64,000 bases of DNA from an uncultured Verrucomicrobiota bacterium. GTDB taxonomy: Bacteria; Verrucomicrobiota; Verrucomicrobiia; Opitutales; Opitutaceae. This document shows positions 28,079 to 37,100 of the stretch, in pieces. The stretch lies in assembly GCA_903906135.1 (NCBI GenBank), contig CAIVJE010000114.1:78-64077 (forward strand). The letters run 5' to 3'. The notes below the pieces were generated by a model that ran no database searches, was not told where the DNA came from, and saw nothing but the letters and a program-made list of their open reading frames with translations. Numbering within the stretch: position 1 is the first letter of the stretch; each line of letters opens with the position of its first letter. A program made the translations under genes and the position numbers.

Positions 28079-28783
28079 ATGCGAGCTCCCGAAGCTATGA
28101 AGCTCGCGCTCCTCAGTGAATCGCTGGCCGATGAGGCTGCCCTCAGCGTTTTAGTGGGTTATGTCCTCGGCGCCCCATTCACTCGAGTGCAACCCACCTT
28201 GCGGGCCCGCGGCTGGCCGTCGGTGGAACAGGTGCTCCCCGCAATTTTGCGTCATCTGCATTTTAATACGGAGGCCGATGGCTTGATTGTCGTCGTCGAT
28301 TCCGATGATTCGGTGGTGCATACGCCCCAGCACGAGGCGCCCGCTTATCATCACCCCGGCTGTCGCATCTGCCGCTTGCGTACGGTTTTTCGGCGGACTT
28401 TAAAAAATCTTCCCCTCAATCCAGCTCACCCGACTCCCGCCAATACCGCTCATCCGCACGTCCGGCGCGAGCGGGTATTGCGCGCCGTGGGCTTAGCGGT
28501 TCCGGCCATGGAAGCTTGGTATTTGTGTGGACGCGACACGTCGATCACGGAGGCGGCGTGGACGGAGGGCCAAGCGGCTGGTCGCGTGCCGTACACCCGC
28601 AGCGAATTAAAATGGCGGGTCTATGGCACCGAGCGCCCTACTTTACCTCATGAGATCAAACGCGCGGTCCAGGAAGTTACCCGGCATCAGGGGGATGTTC
28701 GCCGACTGGAGCATGATTTTCCTCAAGGCTTCGGTTCGCTCGCTCGCGACCTGCGGAGGTGGCGTGCGGAGTCAGGGCGCTGA
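28079..28783 (+). CDS. hypothetical protein with Toprim-like acidic motifs (DUF4276/DUF4435/RloB-like?), partner of the upstream ATPase
   Basis: It starts 3 nt after the ATPase stop. The motifs are KLALLSESLADE (Glu at nt 28118), GLIVVVDSDDS (DxDD at 28298-28309) and a later GLAVPAMEAWYLCG. The order E...DxD...E fits a Toprim fold. The family assignment has not been verified by any search. Confidence 0.55.
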   Translation: MRAPEAMKLALLSESLADEAALSVLVGYVLGAPFTRVQPTLRARGWPSVEQVLPAILRHLHFNTEADGLIVVVDSDDSVVHTPQHEAPAYHHPGCRICRLRTVFRRTLKNLPLNPAHPTPANTAHPHVRRERVLRAVGLAVPAMEAWYLCGRDTSITEAAWTEGQAAGRVPYTRSELKWRVYGTERPTLPHEIKRAVQEVTRHQGDVRRLEHDFPQGFGSLARDLRRWRAESGR

Positions 28784-28853
28784 AGGGCTCGCGCCAAAGG
28801 ATGGGCTTGCCCACGACGGCCTCGCTTGCAGAGTTTTAGTTCGTACACTCTGC

Positions 28854-31800
28854 ATGAAATCTCCCCGCATTTCTTTGGCTGCGCTGATCGGGGCGCAAGC
28901 GCAAGTCACTTTCAATGACTGTGCGGCCAAATTTATGCTCATTGCCCTCGCCCAGCAATTGGCGCGGCAGGCGGGCACTGATCCCAAGTCGCTGATCGCG
29001 TTGATCGCGGCTTTGCTGATTTCTCCCTACATTCTTTTGGGCCCGTTCTGCGGCTGGTTGGCTGATCGTTTCTCTAAGCGCACTGTCATTAATGGAGCAC
29101 TTGTGCTGCAAGTCGTCGCCATGGGTCTAGTCGTCGGTGCGCTCTGGCTTAAATTATTCTGGATCGTGCTGGCGGCTTATTTCCTCTTGTCGGTACAAAC
29201 GGCGATTCTGGCGCCCGCCAAGCGCGGCATTTTACTCGAATACGTCGGGCCTGAGAAGCTGTCCCGCTATGTCGGCTACATGGAGATGAGCGCCGTGACG
29301 GCGGTCTTGGTGGGCTCCTTTGCGGGGGGCTGGCTATTTTCCTACTGGTTGAATCTTGGAGGCGACCCGTGGCGAGCGGCGCTGTTGGTGAGTGTGGTGC
29401 TCTGGTTCCTCGCTGGGGTCGCGTGGGCGATTTTTCAATTCGCTCAACCGACACCTGCGCAAACGAAGACCCCTTTTGCTTGGAACTTGTTTATTCAACA
29501 TTTTCAACTGGCAGCCGAGGTGCGGGGTGATCGGCCGTTATGGCGGGCGACGATGGGTATTTGTTTCTTCTATGGTATCGGCGGATTTATTTCAGTGCTG
29601 CTGCCGCAGGTGGCTTTTGAAATGACGGCCGGCGGGGCGCGCACGGGGGCCATATCAAGTGGGATGCTGCTGATGTTAGGGGTGGGCACGTTGGCCGGAA
29701 ATTTATTTGCCGGACTTTTTTCCCGGCGCGGCATTGAGCTCGGCCTTGCTCCGCTCGGCGGTAGTTTGCTCGCGGGGGCTTTGCTTGGCTTAGGCTTGAC
29801 GACGCCTGGCACCGGGCAATTTAGCGCATTGCTCATCCTGGCTGGTTTTTCGACTGGGCTCTTTTTGGTGCCACTTTATGCGTTTATTCAAAATCACGCG
29901 GGGCAGCATCGTCGCGGGCGGATTTTAGCGGGGGTTAGTTTGCTCGATAGCGTGGCAGGTCTAGGGGCGAGTGGACTTTACTGGCTAGTGGCGAGCGATG
30001 CGATGCTCGGGTGGGGCGCGACCGCCCAATTTTTTGCACTGACGGGGTGCACGTTGTTGATGGTGGCTTACGGACTGTGGCATTTGCCGCACGAAACGGT
30101 GTGCACGGTGATGCGATTGATTGGCCCACTATTCTATACAGTTAAAACGAAGGGCCGCGGGCATGTGCCGGTCGGTGGTGCTCTGGTGATCTGCAATCAT
30201 CTTTCCTATGTCGACGCGGTGGTGCTGCAAATCGCGTCGCCGCGCCCACTCCGTTTTGTCGCCTTTGCCGGTTTTTCTAAAAACCCAGCTTTGCGTTTTC
30301 TTTTTAGGGCGTCGGGGGTTATTCCCGTTAACGCGAATAAGCCCATGAAGGGGATTCGACTCGCGGCGGAGGCGGCCAGGCGCGGCGAATTAGTCTGTGT
30401 CTTTCCGGAGGGGGCTATTTCCCGCACTGGCCAGCTGATGAAAATCACCCGAGGCTTTGAACGCATCGCGGAATTGGCGCAGGTTACAGTGGTGCCCGCG
30501 GTCATTGATGGGCTGTGGGGTTCGATTTATTCTTTCGCGGGCAATCGCTACCTGTGGAAATCACCCCGGCTATTACCCACTTCGGTTTGCGTTATTTTTG
30601 GTCAGCCGCTTTTGCCCGCCCAGATTGATCGCGCACATGCGCGCAAAGCACTCCTTGATTTAGCCGAAGCCGCGTTCCAGGAACGCCCGGTGCTTCGGCG
30701 TCATTTGGCCCGAGAGGTGGTGCGTTCACTGGCCAAGCGCCCGCGCCACTTAGAGGTGATTGATCGAACCGCTGAACGCCGCACGATGACGGCTGGTCAA
30801 TTGCTCGCGGTGGCCGCGGCGCTGTCGCGTCATATCGCCCGCCATATACCCGAGCAGCGGGTGGGCATTGTGCTGCCACCTGGGCTGGGCGCGCATATCG
30901 CTAATCTCGCCGTGGCGTGCGCCAATAAAACGCCCGTTAATTTGAATTTTACGGCGGGTCGATCCGCGATCGAGTCCAGTCTGCGTATTGGAGAAATTAA
31001 AACGGTGATCACCGCCGATGCCCTGCGGGTGCGCATCCCCGATTTTCCTTTCCCCGCGCATACGCTGGATCTCAAAACTGAATTGGGTGCCATGGGCGGG
31101 AGACGCGCGATTTTCCCGTGGCTGGTCGCGGCTTGGCTGCTGCCCAATCAGTGGTTTGCCGATTTGCTGGGACTCCCGCGCGAAGGTGATCGGGCCGAGG
31201 CGGCCTTGCTTTTTACCAGTGGTAGTTCCGGTGAACCGAAAGGGGTGATTTTAACCCATCGTAATATTCTAGCGAATTGCGCGCAGATTTCTTCGCTCTC
31301 GATTCTTCCCGATACGGCAATTTTGCTGGGTTGCTTACCGATTTTTCACTCGATGGGCTTCACGGTTACTTTGTGGTATCCGCTGCTCCGTGGGTGTCGC
31401 GTGGTTACACTGCCTAGTCCGCTCGATACGCGTAAAATTGCGGAGTCAATCCAACAAGAAAAAGCGACCGTCTTGCTGGGGGCGCCAACTTTTATTCGCC
31501 CGTTGCTGAGAAAAGCGACCAAGGAGGAACTCCAGTCCCTGGATTTAGTGGTCACCGGCGCGGAAAAATTACCGCTCGACCTTTACGAGGGATTTTTAGC
31601 GGCCTTCGGCATTGAGATTTTGCAAGGGTATGGTCTCACCGAAACTACGCCCGCTTCTAATATCAACCAGCATCATCCCCCCGTCACAACGGTGCATGCG
31701 CATCCCCAAATCGGAAAAAAGGTGGGTGCCGTTGGTCGTTTGATGCCGGGCATGACCGCGAGAATTGTCGATCCCGACACCGGCGCGGAATTGCCCTTGG

Positions 31801-32294
31801 GCGAGACGGGGATGGTCTGGATGCGCGGCGCTAATATTTTTCCAGGCTATTTGAAGGATGGAGAAAAAACTGCCGCCGCTTTTAAGGACGGGTGGTTTAT
31901 CACGGGCGATCTCGGCCGCTTTGACGAAGATGGTTTTTTATTTATCGAGGGTCGGCTTTCTCGGCTTTCAAAAATTGGTGGCGAAATGGTGCCACACGGA
32001 ATGGTGGAGCAACAAATTATTGAGGCCTTTGGCTGGATAGAAACCGATGGACCGACGGCCATCGTGGTCGGAGTCCCTGATGTTTCGAAAGGAGAGGCGA
32101 TTGTTTTAATCACCACTCGCGAGGTTACGATCGATCAGCTGCGGACTAAATTATTGTCCGCGGGTCTGCCCAGCCTGTGGATCCCGCGACAAATTCGTCG
32201 GGTGGATAAAATCCCCATCCTCGGCACGGGTAAGACCGATTTAAAGGGTTGTCGGGCGCTTGCGCTCGTAGGATCTAAGCTGACCGCCGATTAA
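28854..32294 (+). CDS. tri-functional fusion: LplT-like MFS lysophospholipid transporter, PlsC-type acyltransferase and acyl-ACP/CoA synthetase (Aas-like)
   Basis: ATG 28854 (MKSPRISLAALIG...) precedes about 400 aa of MFS helices. These are followed by the acyltransferase HX4D motif (ICNHLSYVDAV) and FPEGAISRTG. The AMP-binding motifs are FTSGSSGEPKGV, GYGLTET and GDLGRFDEDGFLFIEGR. The ORF-track start at 28623 overlaps the upstream gene. Confidence 0.88.
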   Translation: MKSPRISLAALIGAQAQVTFNDCAAKFMLIALAQQLARQAGTDPKSLIALIAALLISPYILLGPFCGWLADRFSKRTVINGALVLQVVAMGLVVGALWLKLFWIVLAAYFLLSVQTAILAPAKRGILLEYVGPEKLSRYVGYMEMSAVTAVLVGSFAGGWLFSYWLNLGGDPWRAALLVSVVLWFLAGVAWAIFQFAQPTPAQTKTPFAWNLFIQHFQLAAEVRGDRPLWRATMGICFFYGIGGFISVLLPQVAFEMTAGGARTGAISSGMLLMLGVGTLAGNLFAGLFSRRGIELGLAPLGGSLLAGALLGLGLTTPGTGQFSALLILAGFSTGLFLVPLYAFIQNHAGQHRRGRILAGVSLLDSVAGLGASGLYWLVASDAMLGWGATAQFFALTGCTLLMVAYGLWHLPHETVCTVMRLIGPLFYTVKTKGRGHVPVGGALVICNHLSYVDAVVLQIASPRPLRFVAFAGFSKNPALRFLFRASGVIPVNANKPMKGIRLAAEAARRGELVCVFPEGAISRTGQLMKITRGFERIAELAQVTVVPAVIDGLWGSIYSFAGNRYLWKSPRLLPTSVCVIFGQPLLPAQIDRAHARKALLDLAEAAFQERPVLRRHLAREVVRSLAKRPRHLEVIDRTAERRTMTAGQLLAVAAALSRHIARHIPEQRVGIVLPPGLGAHIANLAVACANKTPVNLNFTAGRSAIESSLRIGEIKTVITADALRVRIPDFPFPAHTLDLKTELGAMGGRRAIFPWLVAAWLLPNQWFADLLGLPREGDRAEAALLFTSGSSGEPKGVILTHRNILANCAQISSLSILPDTAILLGCLPIFHSMGFTVTLWYPLLRGCRVVTLPSPLDTRKIAESIQQEKATVLLGAPTFIRPLLRKATKEELQSLDLVVTGAEKLPLDLYEGFLAAFGIEILQGYGLTETTPASNINQHHPPVTTVHAHPQIGKKVGAVGRLMPGMTARIVDPDTGAELPLGETGMVWMRGANIFPGYLKDGEKTAAAFKDGWFITGDLGRFDEDGFLFIEGRLSRLSKIGGEMVPHGMVEQQIIEAFGWIETDGPTAIVVGVPDVSKGEAIVLITTREVTIDQLRTKLLSAGLPSLWIPRQIRRVDKIPILGTGKTDLKGCRALALVGSKLTAD

Positions 32295-32379
32295 GCGCGC
32301 CGGCTTCTGCTCTTTACGGGTAGGGCGCGGCTATCCCCATGCTTGCACGTTCGCTGCCAACTCTGGTAAATCATTAACC

Positions 32380-33816
32380 ATGTCTGCTCCGCATTCCGTC
32401 GCTACCCGCCAACTGAAGCGTCGCCTGGGCGCCCGCGTTGATCTTTCAGCTGCGGGCTGTTGGGCCGCTTCGTTTGACAGTAGTAAAATATCATTTCTCC
32501 CCGTTGCCGTCATTAGCCCTCGGGTAGAAGCGGACATCGGCATCGTGCTGGTTTTGGCGAACAAGTATCACGTTCCCGTTACGGTGCGCGGTCGCGGGAC
32601 AACCTTGATGGGCTCCGCTGCTCCCGTGCGGGGCGGCTGGGTGCTGGATATGTTGAAATTAAATAAAGTGGTGATCGACGCTGATGCTGGCATGGCCCAG
32701 GTCGGGGCGGGCGCGACTACCGCTAACGTGCAGCGCGCCGCGGCCGCTCACGGCTGGTTTTATCCCCCGGATCCATCGTCGAAGGAGTATTGCACCATCG
32801 GGGGGAATATTGCCTGTAATGCGGGGGGAATGCATGGGGGCAAGTATGGGGTTACTCGAGATTTTGTTATCGCCCTCCGTGGTTTTCTGCCGACGGGGGA
32901 ATTTGTGCAGTGGGGCACTGCGACCAAAAAATTTGCCGCCGGATTTAATTTGCGTGACCTCTGGATCGGGAGTGAAGGCTTGCTGGGGGTCGTAACCGGA
33001 GCGGTGTTGAAGCTTATTCCACAGCCGGCTGCGCGCTGGACGCTATTGACCGCTTTCACGGATGAAGTAGCCGCATTAAAAGCCGCTCGCGTGTTATTTC
33101 GTGCGCGGGTGCAGCCGGCAATTTGCGAGTTCCTGGATCGTGAAAGCGTTTTGTGTGCCGAGCGAGCCACCGGGCAAACGGTTTTTCCGGGGCAAGCGGG
33201 CCGCCCCGTCATTCTCCTCGAGCTCGCGGGAACCGTGAGTGAGGTCAAAGATCTACAGCGAGAGGTGTTGGCGTGGGCGCGCACGCAGGCGCTCGCTTAC
33301 CGAGCAGCGAGGAGTCGCACCGAAGTGGAAGCGCTCTGGGCTGTCCGCCGTAAATGCTCTGGGGCGATGTTCGAGTTAGGTGACGCCAAACTTAACGAAG
33401 ATATCGTAATCCCCATGCGCAACTACGAGAAATTCGCAAAATTCCTCGCCCGCTTGAAACGTGATTCCCAATTACCGATCCCTACTTTTGGGCATGTCGC
33501 GGATGGCAATCTCCACGTCAATATCATGTATCACCGTGCCCATCCGCAAGAGACCAAGGCGGCGGAGGCCGCGGTGCAAAAATTGATGGAAACGGTCGTG
33601 GCAATGGGCGGCGCAATTTCTGGTGAGCATGGCATTGGTCTCGCGAAGACTCCCTTCCTGCGCTTGCAGCACAACCCGGCGCAGATAAAGGCGATGCTTG
33701 CCGTGAAAAAGGCTCTCGACCCACGCAATATTTGTAATCCCGGCAAAATGTTCGAGGTCGTACGCATCTGGAAATTTCCCAAATTGGCTATCCAGCTGCC
33801 TTGGGATCATAAATGA
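32380..33816 (+). CDS. FAD-linked oxidase (GlcD / D-lactate dehydrogenase family)
   Basis: 478-aa ORF. It has an FAD-binding PCMH-type N-domain (VTVRGRGTTLMGSAAP, NAGGMHGGKYG) and a C-terminal FAD-oxidase domain (GGAISGEHGIGLAK). Confidence 0.85.
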   Translation: MSAPHSVATRQLKRRLGARVDLSAAGCWAASFDSSKISFLPVAVISPRVEADIGIVLVLANKYHVPVTVRGRGTTLMGSAAPVRGGWVLDMLKLNKVVIDADAGMAQVGAGATTANVQRAAAAHGWFYPPDPSSKEYCTIGGNIACNAGGMHGGKYGVTRDFVIALRGFLPTGEFVQWGTATKKFAAGFNLRDLWIGSEGLLGVVTGAVLKLIPQPAARWTLLTAFTDEVAALKAARVLFRARVQPAICEFLDRESVLCAERATGQTVFPGQAGRPVILLELAGTVSEVKDLQREVLAWARTQALAYRAARSRTEVEALWAVRRKCSGAMFELGDAKLNEDIVIPMRNYEKFAKFLARLKRDSQLPIPTFGHVADGNLHVNIMYHRAHPQETKAAEAAVQKLMETVVAMGGAISGEHGIGLAKTPFLRLQHNPAQIKAMLAVKKALDPRNICNPGKMFEVVRIWKFPKLAIQLPWDHK

Positions 33817-33820
33817 TCGA

Positions 33821-33831
33821 GGGGGGGGGGG
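33821..33831. repeat. G11 homopolymer in the intergenic region
   Basis: Eleven consecutive G begin 5 nt after the TGA stop at 33814-33816. They lie upstream of the 290-nt smc leader region. Confidence 0.9.
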
Positions 33832-34108
33832 CGCATCCCGCTGCCGGCGATTCGCCAAAGTAAGTCCGTGGCATTAAGTCAACTGTCACTTCATGTGGGG
33901 CGGCGGTAATTTTTTAGCGTTTTACCATTGCCGAGCGCAGGACCGCTCCCTCTAGTTTGCCCTTTAATTTTGAAAGCTATTTCTCCCGCCTATTGTTCTC
34001 TGCGCCCCATGCAATTTGCCCATTCCGGTTGGTGCTTCGTGGGCTAAACGTCATCCTTATTTCTCCTGAAAATTCGCCCTCACGGGCGGGAAAATATTCC
34101 ACGATTCA

Positions 34109-37100
34109 ATGTATCTTAAGGCACTAAAACTCCACGGTTTTAAAAGTTTTGCTGACAACACGACGCTCAGTTTTGAGCCCGGCGTGACGGCGATCGTTGG
34201 GCCCAATGGCTGCGGCAAAAGCAATATCGCTGATGCCATCCGCTGGGTCTTAGGCGAGCAAAGCGCTAAGGCCCTCCGCGGTGGCAAAATGCAGGATGTT
34301 ATTTTCGAGGGTGCGGATACGCGCAAAGCCGCCCAATTCTCCGAGGTCGCCTTAGTCATGACGGACTGCGAAAAGCAGCTCGGCTCTGATTTTCATGAAA
34401 TCGAGATCATGCGCCGGGTGTCCCGCGATGGTACGGGGGAATATTTCTTTAACGGCCAGCCCTGTCGGTTGAAGGATATCAATAAATTGTTCATGGATAC
34501 CGGGGTGGGCCGGACCAGTTATTCGATTATGGCGCAGGGTCAGATCGATCAGATTCTCTCATCAAAACCAGAGGAACGGCGGGTCGTGTTTGAGGAAGCG
34601 GCGGGGATTACCAAATATAAGAGCCAACGCCGTGAGGCGATGAACAAGCTCGCGCTGACGGAGCAAAATTTGGCGCGGGTCTCCGATGTGATCAATGAGG
34701 TCGCTCGCCAAATTGGCTCCCTAAAACGGCAAGCGGCCAAGGCCATGCGTTTTAAGCGCGTCAGCTTCCGCTTGCGCCACTTGGCGCTGGCTCACAGCAG
34801 TCACCAATTTAATCAATTCAGTACAGCGCTCACGGAGCTGGAGAGTCGGGTGGCCGCCATGCGTGGTGATGCCGATACCCGCCGCACATCACTCGAAGAA
34901 CGCACGCGCTCGCTCGACGATAAAAAATTGGCGCGCAGTTCACTTAATCAGCGGGTCCAAGATGCTCAACAGGCGGTGTTCGATCTTCGCTCCCAGAAAG
35001 AACAGGCGGAAAATGCCGCCGGTTTAGCGCAGGTAAAGCGCACGGGTCTGACGGAACGCATTGCTTCTAGTCAGGATGATTTAGCGGAACTCGAGATGCA
35101 ACTCCGGGAGCTCGCATCGCAGGTCGATACGGGGGCGCAAGATAAGCAAATGCAGCTCACGATGCTCGGTAGTTCCGATGCCGTGTTTCAGGATCGCAAT
35201 CGTGAGTTGGCCATCTTCGAAGGCGAGTTGACCAAGGCCGAGCAGCAGCTCAATGCCGAAAAATTTAACCTTTTACAGGTCGAAAGCGCGGTCGCTCGCC
35301 ATCGCACCGAAAGCTCCGGGCTCGAGGTGGATGCGCGGACGAGTCAGAATAAATTTGATCAACTCTCGACTGAGCTCGAACAGCTGCGGGCGGCCGTGGT
35401 GCTGGCGGTCGACACCCTCGCGCAAGTACGGGCCCGGGTAGAGGAAGCACGCGCCGAACAGAGTCGGAGCAGTAATGAGGCTCAAGCAGCCCAAGCCAGC
35501 CTTCAGGCCGCCACCCAAGACTTTCGCGAAGGCCAACGTAAACTTCAGGAGATCGACCGCAATTTAGCGCAGAAAACTGCCCGCTTGAAATTGCTGCAAC
35601 AGCTGCAGGAAAAGTGGGAAGGTTTCGGTGAAGGGGCCAAGGCGTTGCTGCAAGGGCGTTTTGTGGCCGAACTCGGTGAACAGAAATTTACCCCCATCAC
35701 CTCGGGACTCGAAGTGCGGGGCGAATATGCCAAAGCGCTGGAAGCCCTCCTTGGTTCTTCCGTGGAGGCGATTGCGGTGGCCGATCTGGCTACCGCCCAA
35801 AAAATTCTTACCCGGCTTGAGGGCGATCAAATTGGCAGTGTCTGTTTGCAAATTGCCGCACAAGGCGCGGGTAGTAGCGCTGCGGGCGTGAGCTTACCGG
35901 CCGGTCTGCGGCCGGCCACCGACGCCATCGCTAATCTCGAGCCCACCCATCCGGCCGCGGGTGTACTTTCCGCCTGCTATTTGGCCGATGACCTCAATGC
36001 CTTTCTTGATTTCTGGAAAGCTAATCCCTCCTTTAGTTTTCTGATGGTCGCGACGGCTAAGGGTGATCTGGTGGATCGTCGCGGGCTCATTTTTGGCGGC
36101 TATCATAAGAAGCCGGCTAATAGCATTGTGCAGCGCGAGGTTGACCTCCGCGAAACCGGCAAGGCAGTCGTCACGGAATCCAAAGCCCATGATGCCCAGC
36201 GGGCTCTCATTGAGCAGCTCAATACGGCGTTGGTTGAGGCAGAGGCTCTGCTCGAGCAGAAACGCAAGGATGTGCTCGTTGCTTCGCAGATTGCCGCCTC
36301 GATCACGACGGAAGAGAAAAATGCCCAACGGGCCCAAGCTGACGCGGCCCAACGGCTCGCTCGCTTGGAAAGCGAGCTAACCAATCACCAACGTGATCAT
36401 GACGAAGCGCTGAGCCGTCTCGCCAAAGCCCAGGTATTACTGGCCGCAGCAGAGGCGAACGTCACGGCGCAGAAAGAAAAAATTACCGCGACGGAATCCG
36501 GCATTACCGAGAAGCGCACCGCGCGTGATGAGAAGAAAGAAATTTTAGCTGCCGCCCGCTTGGAACTAGCCGAGCGTCGGCAAAAGGTGGAGGTCCTTGA
36601 TCGTGGCTTGAGTGAAATGGGCCGCCGCCGGTCCCAATTGGATGAGCTCTTAGTGCAACGGCAAATTGAGCTGGAGACCTGGACTGAGCAGGTAGCTCAG
36701 TTGGAACAAGAGACTGCCCTCCAACAAGGACGCGCGGGCGAAGTGGTCACAACTCTCGCGGTCGCTCAAACAAATGTGGAGCAAGTCCGCGGGGAACTTT
36801 CGACGGTTGAGCAAGAAATTGCGGCCGTCGAACAGGGCATGACCTCAATTCGCAGTGAAGCGGAGACCTCCCAGTCAGAATTATCTAAACATGAAGTAAA
36901 AGTGGCCGAGACCCGGGCGCGGGTCCAATTCCTGACGGAGGAAGTTACTCGTGAGTTCCAGACGGAGGTGGCTGGTCAGGACTGGAAGCAGCTCCTGTGG
37001 CACGCTGATGATGAGCCTGAAGGGCTCAAGGCACTCGATCTCGATGAAGAAGAAGAGTCGGCCCACCCGAGTGAAGAGGTGACCGCTGATCAGGCCACGG

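Noticed and set aside
28623-28853. The ORF-track start of the 1223-aa ORF, which would overlap the last 160 nt of the Toprim-like gene.
   Set aside because: The extension (MAPSALLYLMRSNARS...) has no MFS-like or signal features and overlaps the upstream CDS. ATG 28854 gives a typical LplT-like N-terminus (MKSPRISLAALIGAQAQ).
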